From positions 32,001 through 96,000 of the forward strand of contig CAWJIE010000004.1 of NCBI GenBank assembly GCA_963842885.1: DNA of 64,000 nucleotides, read 5' to 3'. The stretch is from an uncultured Nitrososphaerota archaeon (GTDB lineage Archaea; Thermoproteota; Nitrososphaeria; Conexivisphaerales; DTJL01). The notes under the pieces are model-generated. The model had not been told where the DNA came from and did no database searches. It worked only from the letters and a program-made list of their open reading frames with translations. This document shows, in pieces, positions 20,208 to 31,847 of this stretch. Each line of letters starts with the position of its first letter. The stretch's first letter is position 1. The translations under genes were made by a program, and so were the position numbers.

Positions 20208-21449
20208 TCAAAGGAGGGACTGGAGTCCGCTGCTGTACTGAAATGCCTTCTTCTCAGCAGATGCCATGGACGGTGGGAGACCGACCTTAATCGCCAGCCT
20301 CCGCAGGACGACCTTGCGCACGCCGTCCGAAATCAGGTAGCCCGAAGGGAGGTTGAGGGCGAACCGGGCCATGGGGAGGTCGGCGAAGGGGAAGGAGGCC
20401 TCGCAACCTCCGCGGACGATGGCCATTTCATCACGCCGGAGGCCTATCTCAAGGAGGGGGAGTTCCTCGACCAGACGCCGATTGAGGCCTCCGGGGTCCA
20501 TGGAAGCGAGCTCCAAGTAGCGGTTGTAGCCGGCGAAGATCTCGTCGGCCCCCTGCCCGGCGGCAATCGTGCGGAGACCTTGGTCCCTGGCCGCGGTCGA
20601 AGCGAGAGAGAAGCCCGCCGACAGGGCCCTGTCCAAGGGCCGCGTCTCCGCCGGCCTCCCCCCTTCCTCCCGCAGGGCCCTCTCCACGTCGGCCTCGCCC
20701 ACCTTCACCTTCACCAGCTCCAGCCCGAGCTCGTCGGCGGCGCCTTCGACCCTGGCGGAGTCTCTGGAGCCGGATGCGAACACCGAGATGAGCACGACGC
20801 GATGGTCCTTCGAACAGGAGAGCGCCAAGAGGGAGCTGTCTAGCCCTCCTGAAAATGCAACACCCACGGCTCCTCCTGTCCCCAGCCGCACCTTCAGCGA
20901 CGACCTGAGAAGCTCGCCCACCTTGTCCGCCGCCTGGTCCAGGTCGCCGGGGAAGGGCTCTCCGGAGAGGTCGCAGCAATACTTCGTCGAATTCAACCGG
21001 CCTCCCTTCAGCTCCAATAGATGCCCCGGCGATGCTGGCATGGGCTGCGCAGCGAAGCTGGCAATCAAGGAGGGTTCGGTTGAGACGACCGCCACCCCTT
21101 GGGCGGCTCCCTGATAGAGCGGCTTGGCACCGAGGGGGTCCCTGGCAGCCAGGACGGAGCCGGGCTGGAGGGCCACGATGGCGAACTCGCCTGAAACGGC
21201 ACCGCCTAACGCCGCCTGGAGGCTGGAAACGTCGAGGTCCCTGTCGCAACTCCCATGAAGGAGAAGGTCGCCGCCGGTGCCGGAGGTCAGCCCTCCCACC
21301 ACGAGGGTACCCTGTTCCGAGGAGCGCCGTTCCACGAAGAAACTCCCCTTCCTCACTCGTTGGAGGACCGGGGATAGGGCCTCGATGTCGACGGCGCGGT
21401 CGGCCGAAGCGGAGATCGCGAAGACCGCCGAAGCTGCGGCGGCCTTCAA
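20208..21449 (-). CDS. asparagine synthetase-related protein
   Basis: ARDPLGAKPLY, FSGGLDSS, GQGADEIFAGY, KVVLR, KKAFQYSSG; no N-terminal Cys. Confidence 0.8.
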   Translation of the reverse strand: MKAAAASAVFAISASADRAVDIEALSPVLQRVRKGSFFVERRSSEQGTLVVGGLTSGTGGDLLLHGSCDRDLDVSSLQAALGGAVSGEFAIVALQPGSVLAARDPLGAKPLYQGAAQGVAVVSTEPSLIASFAAQPMPASPGHLLELKGGRLNSTKYCCDLSGEPFPGDLDQAADKVGELLRSSLKVRLGTGGAVGVAFSGGLDSSLLALSCSKDHRVVLISVFASGSRDSARVEGAADELGLELVKVKVGEADVERALREEGGRPAETRPLDRALSAGFSLASTAARDQGLRTIAAGQGADEIFAGYNRYLELASMDPGGLNRRLVEELPLLEIGLRRDEMAIVRGGCEASFPFADLPMARFALNLPSGYLISDGVRKVVLRRLAIKVGLPPSMASAEKKAFQYSSGLQSLL

Positions 21450-23619
21450 CCCTCCCCCTCATGCTGGACACCAGGGCCTGCGACTGCTCCTTGATGGAGG
21501 AGGCGATGGTCTCGCCGATGGTGGCGACACGGCTGAGGTCCCTGACGGAGGCCGCGGCTATCGAACTTATGGTGCGGAAGTTGGCCTGGAAGAGGTTCCT
21601 CGCCCTGACCCGCCCCACGCCCTTCAGCTGGACTAGGGGGAGGAGCTCCGCCTTGCATCCCACGTCGATGCGCGTCCTTAGGAGCGAGAGGGTGTGGGCG
21701 GTGTTCTTGTAGCCCTGGAGCTTGGCCAGCTCTCCGAACGCGTAGGCGAGCCACTCAGCGACGTCGACGCTCCTGTGCAAATCGCCGGGCTCTACGCCGT
21801 AGGCGTTTAGGATCTTGTCTTCGCTCCACTCGTTGATCCAGGCATTGAGGACGAGGAGGCTCCTGAAGCACTCGCTGAAGCCCGACTCAAAGTCCTCCGG
21901 GAAGAACATGAACTGACTGAACTCCTCGGTGAAGGCCTCGGCGTCTCCCTGGTCCTTCGCCCGCAGAGCAAGCTTGGGCTCGTAGTCGGGGACCATCGTT
22001 ATCAGCTGGAGGAGGCCTGGCGTCATGTCGACGGAGGAATCCTTCCTCTCCTTCAGGGCCTTGACGAAGATCAGCCCGGATTCGGGGTCGATGTACAGTG
22101 TGGCGATTCGCCTGCCGAGCTGCGTCGGCCTTACGTCCTCGCCTTCGAGCTTGACCAGCTCGTTGCCCTCCAGGTACTTCATGGCGCTGTCGAGGCGGGA
22201 GAGGACGGAGAACTCTTTGTACTGCTGGGCTAGGAGGGTCGACAGGAAGAACTTCTTCAGCTGCTCCAAGGTGGCCCTGGGGGACGATGCGATGACCCCC
22301 AGGGTGTGGGTCCTGAAGCTGCCGGGGGTCGCCAGCTGAGACCTGACGGGCTCGGGCTCGCCTCTGATGTAGGCCTGCATGATGGCTTCCAGCTCCTCCT
22401 CGCTCTGGGCGACCGTGATGGCCTCGCCGAACTCGTCGAACTTGGGGCGGCCGGCCCTTCCGCACATCTGCTTGTAGTCCATGACGCTGATGGGCCTGTT
22501 CTCCCCGAAGCTGGAATCGTATCTGTAGAGGCTGGAGAGTATGACGCGACGGGCGGGGATGTTTATCCCCGAGGCGAGGGTCGGCGTCGCCACTAGAAGC
22601 TTGATTAGCCCGTCCTTGAATGCGGCTTCGACGGCCCTCCTGTGGGGCATGGCGAGGCCCGCGTGATGGAAGGCGACGCCGTTGCCGACGCACTCGGCGA
22701 GGGTCCGGCTCACCTCGGTCTCATCGGCCCCCGCCATGACCTTCTTGGCGTACTGCCTCAGCTTCGCGCTCTCGTCGAACGAGAGGGCCTTGGCCATGTA
22801 CCTCGAGGCCTTGGTGGCTATGCTCACAGCCCTCTTCCTGGTTTCCGCGAAGATGAGCGCTTGGCCGCCGCCCCCTATGCAGTCCAGGGCCAGGTCGATG
22901 GCCGGCATCTCCCAGGACGACTTCAGCTGGCGGACTCCTCCGTCTTCGAAGTAGATCCTGTTCTCGTAACCCACTCCCTGCCTCAGCGGCACGGGCCGCC
23001 AGACAAGGGAGACCGACTTCGCCTTGAGCCAGTCGGCGACCTGGTCGGCGTTGGCCACGGTGGCGGAGAGCGCCAGGAGCTGCGCCTTCCCGTCCTCGGA
23101 GAGCACTCTGGTTATGACGACCTCGAGGGTGGGCCCCCTTCCAGCCTCCCCGAGGAGGTGCACCTCGTCGAACACGAAGAGCCCTACCTTCTTCATCCAT
23201 GACGGATGGTGGCGGGCTAACGAGTCGAACTTCTCGTTGGTGAGGATGAGGAGATCGGCGTAGGCGAGCTCCTCTCCGTTGGAGTCGTAGTCGCCGGTGG
23301 AGATGGCCACCCTGATGCTCCCTCCAGAGGGGGTCTTGAGTGCGGAGAGGGCCGACATCTCCTCATACTTCTCATAGGCGAGGGCGCGAAGGGGTGCCAG
23401 GTACACCACCTTGCTCCCCTTCTCGGTGAGCAGGCGGGCCGCAGCCATCATGGCGATGAGGGTCTTGCCACTGGCCGTCGGTGTGGAGAGGAGTAGGTTT
23501 TGACCGTCAAGAAGGCCGGCTTCGATGGCGGCGGCCTGGGTGGGGTAGAGCTTCGAATAGCCCAGCCGGCCCAGGAGGTCCCTGACCTCCTCCTGCAGTG
23601 GCAGCTCGTAGACTTCCAT
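21446..23619 (-). CDS. hel308: Hel308/Hjm SF2 DNA helicase
   Basis: PTASGKT, DEVH, ALSAT, FHHAGL, QMCGRAGRP, GVGRVRAR; true stop probably the TGA overlapping the next gene's TTG after an indel. Confidence 0.93.
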
Positions 23620-23657
23620 GGCCTCTCGGAACCCCTCCAGACCCCAGAACAAGCTGC

Positions 23658-25703
23658 CTATGATATTTTGCTGTAGTAGCCCGACCTGATTTCGTAGATC
23701 TGGCCCAGCTTGTAGAGCGTGCTGATGACGCGTCTCGCCTCTTCAGCGCTGAAGTCGCCCGTCTTGACGAGCTCGTCCACAAAGGCCTTGGCCTCCACGG
23801 GCTTCTTCTCGGCGCCGTGGAGCTGCCTGAAAACATCCATCGCCTTCTCGAGAATGCTGCGCTCGCTGGCGGGTCGGCCCTGGAGCACCCCCAGGTCCAC
23901 TTTGCCCGTCCTGACGTCAATGCCCACGGATTCGAGCATCTTGCGCATTAGGTTGATGGCCTGAAGGGCGTCTTCGATTGTGACCTTGTCCCTGAGCAGC
24001 AGCCTTGCCCGTGCGGTGGAAATCCTTATGAGAGCCTCGAGCTGGCGCGGAGTGATGGCTATCGTCCCTTCGGTGCTGGAGGCCCTCAGGTCCAGATAGA
24101 ACTGCAGCAGGCGCTCCTGGGCCTCCCTGGTGAGCTTCGGTTCCACCTTCTTCGCGTAAATCAGGTACTTCCTGAGCATGTCGAAGCCCAGCGGCGGCTG
24201 GACGATGAAGGCCTCGGCCCTGTGCGTCTCCAGGATGTACGAGGCTAGCTTCTCGTCCTTGGCTCGGTCTGGGATGTCTCTGATGATGAAGACCAGGTCG
24301 AACCTGGTGAGGAGAGGGGTGGGGAGGTTGACGTTCTCGTAGATGTTCTTGTAGGGGTCGTACTTGCCGAAGACCGGGTTTGCGGCGGCCAAGATCGAGG
24401 TGCGGGCGTTCAGGGTGGCCACTATCCCTCCCTTTGCGACGCTCACGGTCTGCTGTTCCATTACTTCGTGGAGGACGCCCCTGTCTTCCACTCTCATCTT
24501 GTCAAATTCGTCGATGCAGGCAACTCCTTGATCGGCCAAGACCACCGCTCCTGCCTCCAGCATCATGAGTCCTGACTTCTCTTTTACGACCGCCGCCGTC
24601 AATCCGGCTGCGGTCGAGCCCCTCCCCGTAGTGTAGAGCCCCCGTGGAGAGACGCGTGACACGTACTTCAGTAATTCACTCTTGGCTGTCCCAGGATCTC
24701 CGACCAAGAGTATGTTCAAATCTCCTCTGATGGTTGTGCCGTCAGGGAGGAGGCCCTGAGGCGCGCCCGTCATCATCAAGAGCACCGCCTCCTTCTGCGT
24801 CTCGAACCCGTAGATGGAGGGCGCGATCGAGTTGATGAGCCTGTCATAGGCGTCGGGAAGGGCGGCAATCCGCCTTATCTCGGCTTCGTCTTCGACGTTG
24901 ATCTGGACCTGATCCGGCTCCTTGCCGCTGACGTCAAGGTAGTTCGTCTCGAGCCTGGTCCTGAAGACTGTAAGCTTCCCCCTTCCGATGGCCGTCTCCG
25001 GCTCGGCCCTGACCACCCCGGTGATGATGACCCTGTCGCCGGGCCGGGCCTTGCTAACGATTTCTCCGATGATCCCGGCGTCGATGGAGGTGGGGAGCTG
25101 GCCGGGCGGGAGCTCCTCAGGGAGCTCTTGGATGCGAATCACCTGGTAGTCGGTGAACTTCGAGTTGGACTTGTCCAGCTCGAGGTTCCTGGACTCTTCG
25201 CATTCGCTGCACTTGGTGGGCATCTTCAGCAGCGCGCCTGTCTGGGGAAGGAGCGTGAGATGGCCGTTGGGACACCTGAAGGCGGCCACCAGCGCAAGAG
25301 GTTGGACCTCGGAGGTCCTTACGACCATCCCATTGATGGCGACCAGGCTGTCGAGGTATTTCGCCGCGACTGCCCTGAGGGGGAGCTTGTCGGTAATCCC
25401 CTTTATCCTGACCTCCAGCTCGTCCCTCTTGTCATCGGCGTAGGTGTAGTTCTCGGTCTTCACCGCCTCGTAGGCGGCCTCCTTGAAGGCGGGGAGTATG
25501 GAGTCAGGCCGCTGGATGAGCGTGATGGCGAGGTCCGTGTCGAAGGCCAAGAGGTCCTCGTAGTCGACGAGCACCGACGCCTTGCCCTCGGCGATCATCT
25601 GGGATATTCGGGCACGGTACTTGGGCGTGCCGTCAGCCGCCTGGAAGCCCTTGAGGAAGAACTCCAGCTGCTCGGATACCTTGGCCTGGGAAAGGGATGT
25701 CAT
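23658..25703 (-). CDS. mcm: MCM replicative helicase
   Basis: Zn finger, GDPGTAKS, IDEFDKM, TRFD arginine finger, TPRQLE; no intein. Confidence 0.97.
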   Translation of the reverse strand: MTSLSQAKVSEQLEFFLKGFQAADGTPKYRARISQMIAEGKASVLVDYEDLLAFDTDLAITLIQRPDSILPAFKEAAYEAVKTENYTYADDKRDELEVRIKGITDKLPLRAVAAKYLDSLVAINGMVVRTSEVQPLALVAAFRCPNGHLTLLPQTGALLKMPTKCSECEESRNLELDKSNSKFTDYQVIRIQELPEELPPGQLPTSIDAGIIGEIVSKARPGDRVIITGVVRAEPETAIGRGKLTVFRTRLETNYLDVSGKEPDQVQINVEDEAEIRRIAALPDAYDRLINSIAPSIYGFETQKEAVLLMMTGAPQGLLPDGTTIRGDLNILLVGDPGTAKSELLKYVSRVSPRGLYTTGRGSTAAGLTAAVVKEKSGLMMLEAGAVVLADQGVACIDEFDKMRVEDRGVLHEVMEQQTVSVAKGGIVATLNARTSILAAANPVFGKYDPYKNIYENVNLPTPLLTRFDLVFIIRDIPDRAKDEKLASYILETHRAEAFIVQPPLGFDMLRKYLIYAKKVEPKLTREAQERLLQFYLDLRASSTEGTIAITPRQLEALIRISTARARLLLRDKVTIEDALQAINLMRKMLESVGIDVRTGKVDLGVLQGRPASERSILEKAMDVFRQLHGAEKKPVEAKAFVDELVKTGDFSAEEARRVISTLYKLGQIYEIRSGYYSKIS

Positions 25704-26254
25704 GTCTTCTCTTCACCAAGGACTAGGGAGCGCCATTCGGAGACGAGCTCCCTGATCTCCCTGTAGAGGAGGAGCTCCTCCGGCGAAAGCAGGATGGTCG
25801 GCTCGGGCTGCGAAGTGTATCCCGCCATGGTCACCATCTTGACGAGCCGGGTGGTTATCAAGTCCTGAGTGCTGACCTTCACTTTCTCATAATGTGGATC
25901 GCGGGGGTTCTTCCTTCGAAGGATCATCAGATACCTGCGTAGCTTCAGGTAGATGTCCTTGGAAAGCTGGGACGGCTGGGTGGGTCCCTGAAGCTTCTCT
26001 CTCTGGAGGGCCCTGAACAGCTCTGCTTCGACGCCTTCCTCCCCCAAGTTGACGAGGTTGTTCTCCTCCAAGACCTCCGCAACCCAGCGGGGCACCTCCA
26101 CCACGTCTCCCTCGCTGACCTCCTGCAGTGTGAACGTGCTCAGCTTGGCCTCTGGGATATCAGTCCTGGCAGTAACCTTGACGGGGGACATCAAGAAGGA
26201 TGCCTCCCTGTTCTTCACGAACGTCCGGAACTGTTGCAAGGAGTCCTTTAGCAA
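25700..26254 (-). CDS. gins23: GINS23 (Psf2/3-like) subunit
   Basis: VEVPRWVAEVL B-domain, LSPEE; overlaps mcm start. Confidence 0.85.
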   Translation of the reverse strand: MLKDSLQQFRTFVKNREASFLMSPVKVTARTDIPEAKLSTFTLQEVSEGDVVEVPRWVAEVLEENNLVNLGEEGVEAELFRALQREKLQGPTQPSQLSKDIYLKLRRYLMILRRKNPRDPHYEKVKVSTQDLITTRLVKMVTMAGYTSQPEPTILLSPEELLLYREIRELVSEWRSLVLGEEKT

Positions 26255-26365
26255 TTCTGTTTCTGGAAGACATAAGCATCAGGGTTAATTAATGATTACC
26301 AGACGGGCAAATCACCTATCTTTAATAACGGTCGAGGGTTGCTATAGGGGAGGCTGGGCGACGAA

Positions 26366-27325
26366 ATGGAATACGACGAGACACTGATGTGGGTGGAGAA
26401 GTATAGGCCGCAGGTCTTGAGCGATCTGGTGGACCAGGCGGACATCGTCGAGAGGCTGGCGGCGATCGTCAAGAAGCCTGACGACATGCCCCACCTCCTG
26501 TTCACAGGCCCTCCCGGGTCGGGGAAGACCACCGTGGCCAACTGCTTGGCCAGACAGCTCCTTAAGGAGTATTGGCGCGATTTCACCTTGGAGCTCAACG
26601 CTTCGGACGAGCGCAGGATAGACGACGTCCGACTGAAGGTGAAGGTCTTCGCCCGGCACACGGACAAGAGGGCGGACATCCCCTTCAGACTCGTCATTCT
26701 CGACGAAGCAGATTCCATGACAAACGATTCTCAGACAGCCTTGAGGAGAATCATGGAGGAGTACTCGAAGACCACCCGTTTCGTGCTGACCGCCAACTAC
26801 TCCACGGGGATAATAGAGCCCATCCAGAGCAGGTGCGCCGTCTTCAGGTTCACTAGGCTCCCCGATTCTGACGTTGTAGACTGCCTTGGAAACATATGCA
26901 AACATGAGGGCGTGAAGGCCACGGAAGGGGCCCTCGAGATGATCTATGAGCTGAGCGACGGAGACCTGCGTCAGGCCATTAACCAGCTGCAGACGACGGC
27001 TTCTGTGGGAGAGGTCAACGAGGCTAACGTTAAGCGTGTGTACGGCGTGTCAAAGAGGGCTTCGGTCAAGGAGATGGTGCAGCTGGCCGTGAAGGGCGAG
27101 TTCAAGAAGGCCCGCGAGGTACTGATCGAGCTCCTGAAGGTCTATGGGATGCCCGAGACGGACGTAATGAAATATGTCTACCAGGACCTCTCAGACATTA
27201 AGGGGGTGGACCAGACGAAGGCGGCCAAGCTCATGGCCGACTACGACTTCAGGCTTCTGGAAGGGGCTCACTCTGAAATCCAACTGACGGCCCTCCTGGC
27301 CGAGCTCTCTTCGTTGACGGCCTAG
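26366..27325 (+). CDS. rfcS: replication factor C small subunit
   Basis: WVEKYRP, GPPGSGKT, LDEADSM, IEPIQSRC. Confidence 0.96.
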   Translation: MEYDETLMWVEKYRPQVLSDLVDQADIVERLAAIVKKPDDMPHLLFTGPPGSGKTTVANCLARQLLKEYWRDFTLELNASDERRIDDVRLKVKVFARHTDKRADIPFRLVILDEADSMTNDSQTALRRIMEEYSKTTRFVLTANYSTGIIEPIQSRCAVFRFTRLPDSDVVDCLGNICKHEGVKATEGALEMIYELSDGDLRQAINQLQTTASVGEVNEANVKRVYGVSKRASVKEMVQLAVKGEFKKAREVLIELLKVYGMPETDVMKYVYQDLSDIKGVDQTKAAKLMADYDFRLLEGAHSEIQLTALLAELSSLTA

Positions 27326-28596
27326 TGGAGTTGCCAAGATTGAAGCCTTTGCGGGGGATAAAGGACTATTCGCCCGAGGAGTTCGAGAGGCTCGAAGGGT
27401 TGAGGGAGATCTTCGTGGAGCTATCTAAGCTGTACGGATTCAAGCTGATGGAGCCCGCTCCGCTGGAGCCTATTGAAACCCTGGAGGAGAAGAGCGGCCC
27501 CGGGATTCGGGATGAAATATACAACTTCAGGGATAAGGGCGACAGGGAGATTGGTCTTCGTTTTGATCTCACCGTGGGTCTCACAAGGTACGCGTGTTTC
27601 GACAGGGCGGCCGCCCTCCCCATCAGGCTGGGGAGCTTCGGTGGGGTGTTCAGGTATGACGAGCCGCAGCACGCCCGGTACCGATGGTTCTATCAGTGGG
27701 ACGTCGAGACGTACGGGAGCGGCAACCCCGAGGCGGACGCCGAGATGATTGAGTTCACCAGCCACCTCCTCAGGAAGGCTGGGGTCCGGGAGCACGTCGT
27801 GAAGATTGGCGACAGGCGGCTCGTGCAGGAGTTCATCGAGAAGAAGCTGGGCTTCACCGGCGACAAGGCCGTAGAGCTCATGAGGGCCCTCGACAAGGTC
27901 GACAAGAAGACCAAGGCGGAGCTGAAGGCAGAGTACGGAGCGAAGGGCTTCTCAGACGATGCCATCGACCGCCTCCTGGACTTCGGGGCTCTGGAGGGGA
28001 GCCCGTCCGAGGTCCTGTCCAGGTTGCAGGAGGAATCGCTTGAGTCGACCTCCAATCTCGCCGAGCTTCAGGATGAGCTTTCGGGCGGACACGCTAACAT
28101 CGAGCTCAGCGTCAGGATCGTGCGCGGGATAGATTACTACACGTCGACTGTCTATGAGGCGTTTGATCTGAAGGATTCCAGCCTCGGCGCCCTTGCTGGG
28201 GGAGGCCGGTACGACCTGCTCCCGAGCATCTTCGGGAGGAAGGACCTCCCTGCGACCGGCGTGGCAGGCGGGGCTGAAAGGCTCATGATGTCGCTCGAAG
28301 GGGGCGGCGCCCAGGGGGCGGCATCGGGACGGCCGGTCTATGTGGCTGCCGCAGGCGGCCTTGTCCGCGAGGCTCTGGCAGTCGCGGCTGAGCTGCGCGA
28401 ACACGGTATCGCGGCCGTGACGGACCTCCAGAGGCGGACCCTCGCAAGGCAGCTTCAGGAGTCGGCTCGGGTTGATGCCTCGAAGGTGGTCATAGTGGGA
28501 CCCGCGGAGTATTCTCATGGCGAACTGGTCGTCCGCGACATGGACACGCGGAAGGAGGAGCGGGTCAAGAGGGAGGAGCTCCTTCGGAGCCTCTAG
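27325..28596 (+). CDS. hisS: histidine--tRNA ligase
   Basis: LRFDLT, FRYDEPQ, RGIDYYT, GGGRYD, C-terminal anticodon-binding domain. Confidence 0.95.
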   Translation: MELPRLKPLRGIKDYSPEEFERLEGLREIFVELSKLYGFKLMEPAPLEPIETLEEKSGPGIRDEIYNFRDKGDREIGLRFDLTVGLTRYACFDRAAALPIRLGSFGGVFRYDEPQHARYRWFYQWDVETYGSGNPEADAEMIEFTSHLLRKAGVREHVVKIGDRRLVQEFIEKKLGFTGDKAVELMRALDKVDKKTKAELKAEYGAKGFSDDAIDRLLDFGALEGSPSEVLSRLQEESLESTSNLAELQDELSGGHANIELSVRIVRGIDYYTSTVYEAFDLKDSSLGALAGGGRYDLLPSIFGRKDLPATGVAGGAERLMMSLEGGGAQGAASGRPVYVAAAGGLVREALAVAAELREHGIAAVTDLQRRTLARQLQESARVDASKVVIVGPAEYSHGELVVRDMDTRKEERVKREELLRSL

Positions 28597-28663
28597 GACA
28601 TGGTGGATGCGCGCGATTTCAGAACCTATTATATACATCTCATGCGGTAGCCCGTGCAAAGGC

Positions 28664-30565
28664 ATGAGCGTCTTGCTCTCCGTAGTCTGCATCAAACAGG
28701 TCCCTGACACGACAGAGATCAAGATCGACCCAGAGAAGGGGACCTTGGTGCGGGAGGGCATACCTGCCGTGATCAATCCGACGGACTTGAACGCCGCGGA
28801 GGAGGCCTTGAGACTGAAGGACCAGTTCGGGGCCAGGGTCGTTGCCATGACCATGGGACCTCCCCAGGCGGAGGCCGCCCTCAGGGAGCTCGTCTCCATG
28901 GGCGTCGACAGGGCCGTCTTGATTACCGATCGGGCCATGGCCGGGGCGGACACTTATGCCACCAGCTACGCCCTCTACGCCGCGTTGAAGAAGCTGGAGC
29001 GGGAGGAGGGAGCCATCGACCTCCTCTTCTTCGGCAACAAAGCCCTAGACGGTGAGACCGGCCAGGTCGGGCCAGGCGTGGCCGCGAGGATGGGCATCCC
29101 CATCATCACCTACACCATCAAGGTCGAAGAGGTCAACCCGAAGGAGAGGTTCGCCGTAGCCGTCCGCAAAGCGGAGGACCTGGTGGAGACCATCAAGGTC
29201 TCCCTGCCTTCCGCCATCTCCGTGCTCGAGGAGACGAATCACCCTCGCAGGGCGACTCTGGACGGAATCTTCAGAGGGAGGGCGGCCAAGGTGGAGCTGT
29301 GGAACAAGGAGGCCATTCAGGCCGATCCGGCCAGGACGGGGCTCGCCGGCTCGCCCACCATCGTGAAGAGGATGTTCATCCCGAAGCCTCGAGGGAGGGG
29401 CGAGATCCTCGACGGAAGGGGAGATCCGGCGAAGGCGGCCGAATGGTTGGCTGAAAGGCTCGCCAACCTCAAGGTCTTCGGGGGCAAAGGGGTGGCCGAA
29501 GGGGCCGCAGCGGCGCGCGAAGACTTTCAGCCCGTGGTGAAGCATGACCCTAAGATGGCTTACAGCGGCGTCTGGGCCTACGTGGAGCAGAACGAGGGTC
29601 GCGTGGCCGACGTCTCTTGGGAGCTCTTGGGCGAAGGGGCCAAGGTGGCCAGGAAGCTGGACACGCAGCTTGAAGCCATCGTGATAGGCGATGACGCGGG
29701 CGCCATAGCGGAGGAGGCCCTTCGATACGGTGCGTCGAAGGTCTACCTTGTGCAGCACCCGCTCCTCAGACACTACCGAACCTTTCCCTACGCGAAGGCC
29801 TTTTCACAGGTCGCCTTGGCGAAGAAGCCACAAGTGATATTCATCGGCGCGACACGCAACGGCCGAGACCTAGCCGGGATGGTGGCCACCACCCTGGGGA
29901 CGGGGCTGACGGCGGATTGCACGATGCTGGACGTAGAGCCTGGGACGGGCCTCATGCTCCAGATCAGGCCAACTTTCGGGGGAAGCCAGCTGGCAGTGAT
30001 CATGACGCCGAAGCACATGCCCCAGATGAGCACGGTAAGACCCGGCGTCTTCGCGAAGCCTCCGAAGGGCGAGGCGAAGGGGGAGATCGTCGAGTTCAAG
30101 ACCGATCTGAAGGAGGATGAGATCCCCACGAAGCTGCTGGATTTCAAATGGATTGAGCGGCAGGGGATGGTGCAGGAGGCAGACGTGGTCGTCTCGGGAG
30201 GGATGGGCCTCAAATCCTCCAAGAACTTCCACCTGGTGGAGGAGCTCGCCGCCGCACTTGGCGGGGCAGTGGGCGCCTCCAGGAAGGCCGTGGAGTCGGG
30301 ATTCGCGGACAAGGAGAGCCAGGTGGGCCAGACTGGGAAGACGGTGAGGCCGAAGCTCTATTTCGCCGTCGGCATCTCCGGAGCGATACAGCACTTGGTG
30401 GGGATGCAGGGCGCGGAGACGGTGGTCGCGCTCAACCTGGACCCGGAGGCGCCCATCTTCAATTCTTGCAACTATGGCGTCGTGGGAGACGCCTTGAAGA
30501 TACTTCCCATCCTGGTGGAGGTCGTCAGGGCGAAGTACCCCGGCCTCAGGAGGCCTTCGGCTTGA
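28664..30565 (+). CDS. fixAB: fused electron transfer flavoprotein beta-alpha (FixA-FixB)
   Basis: CIKQVPD, AGADT, DGETGQVGP (beta) in frame with GLTADCT, QVGQTGKTV.P, GISGAIQH (alpha). Confidence 0.92.
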   Translation: MSVLLSVVCIKQVPDTTEIKIDPEKGTLVREGIPAVINPTDLNAAEEALRLKDQFGARVVAMTMGPPQAEAALRELVSMGVDRAVLITDRAMAGADTYATSYALYAALKKLEREEGAIDLLFFGNKALDGETGQVGPGVAARMGIPIITYTIKVEEVNPKERFAVAVRKAEDLVETIKVSLPSAISVLEETNHPRRATLDGIFRGRAAKVELWNKEAIQADPARTGLAGSPTIVKRMFIPKPRGRGEILDGRGDPAKAAEWLAERLANLKVFGGKGVAEGAAAAREDFQPVVKHDPKMAYSGVWAYVEQNEGRVADVSWELLGEGAKVARKLDTQLEAIVIGDDAGAIAEEALRYGASKVYLVQHPLLRHYRTFPYAKAFSQVALAKKPQVIFIGATRNGRDLAGMVATTLGTGLTADCTMLDVEPGTGLMLQIRPTFGGSQLAVIMTPKHMPQMSTVRPGVFAKPPKGEAKGEIVEFKTDLKEDEIPTKLLDFKWIERQGMVQEADVVVSGGMGLKSSKNFHLVEELAAALGGAVGASRKAVESGFADKESQVGQTGKTVRPKLYFAVGISGAIQHLVGMQGAETVVALNLDPEAPIFNSCNYGVVGDALKILPILVEVVRAKYPGLRRPSA

Positions 30566-31847
30566 CGGAGAAGTTCGACGCCATCGTCGTCGGCGCGGGA
30601 CCCGCCGGCGTCTCGGCCGCCTACGTGATGGCCAGGGCCGGCGTGAGCACAGTTGTCGTAGAAAGGGGTGAGTTCCCGGGAAGCAAGAACGTGATCGGAG
30701 GAGTCCTCTACATCAAGACCATCAACGACATCCTCCCGGGGTTCTGGAAGGAAGCGCCGCTGGAAAGGAACGTGGTGCAGCATTCCTACTGCCTGATGGG
30801 GAGGAGGGACTTCTCCACGATAAGCTACAGGAGCACGGCCTCGAAGGAGACACCCAACGGGTTCACGGTCCTGAGGTCCAAGTTCGACCGCTGGTACGCG
30901 AAGAAGGCCGAGGACGCGGGAGCCACCATCATTCTGAAGACCAACGTAACCGAGCTACTCCAGGAAGGAGGGAGGGTAGTCGGCGTGAGGACGGACAGGG
31001 GCGACCTGAAGGCGGACGTGACCATCGTGTCCGAGGGCGCGAACACCATGCTGTGTGAGAAGGCGAGCCTCATCGTGAAGCCGAGGCCGGACCAGATGGC
31101 CCTCGCCGTCAGAGAGATCATCTCACTTCCAGCCGACAGGATACAGGAGAGGTTCGGGCTCAGGGAGGGCGAGGGTGCCGCGATACATTACATAGGATTC
31201 GCGTTCAAGGGGCTCGTCGGCTTCGGGTTCGTCTACACTAATAGGGACTCCCTCTCCGTCGGGCTGGGTGCGACCCTCTCCACGATGATGAAGGCGAAGA
31301 TCAGGCCCTATGACCTTATGGAGAGTTTCAAGGAGGAGCCGTCCGTGGCCCCGTACATCGCGAACGGGCTCGTCAAGGAGTACCAGGCTCACATGATACC
31401 GGAGGGAGGCTACCGCGGGATGCCCAGGCTGGCAGCGGACGGCGTGCTGGTGGCGGGTGATTCCGCGATGTTGTCCAACCCTGTCACGGGCGAGGGCGCC
31501 GACCTCGCCGTGCTTTCAGGGAGGCTTGCCGGAGAGACCGTGGCCCTCGCCAAGAAGTCGGGCGACTTCTCCGCGAGATACCTGGACATCTACCGGAGGA
31601 CGCTCTCCAGCTCGTTCGTCATCAGCGACATGAAGAAGCAGGCCGGACTGCTCCACTACATCGAGGAGAACATAGACATCATCGACCGCTACCCCGAGGC
31701 CATCAACGCCGCGCTGGAGGAATGGTTCAGAGTGGATGGCGCAACAAGGGGGAGAAGATAAAGAGAATCGAAGGCATCATTATATCGAAGAGGAGGCCGG
31801 CGAAGATAATCGGGGACATTTACACCTTCGGGAGAAAGCTGCTTTGA
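30562..31847 (+). CDS. fixC: FixC/ETF-quinone oxidoreductase flavoprotein (C-terminal frameshift)
   Basis: GAGPAG, ERGEFPGSKN, AHMIPEGG, GDSA; corrected frame ends ...GRKLL* at 31847. Confidence 0.88.

Noticed and set aside
20449-23652. 1067-aa Hel308 with a novel C-terminal extension
   Set aside because: The extension is an off-frame reading of the asparagine synthetase-like gene; an indel restores a stop at 21446
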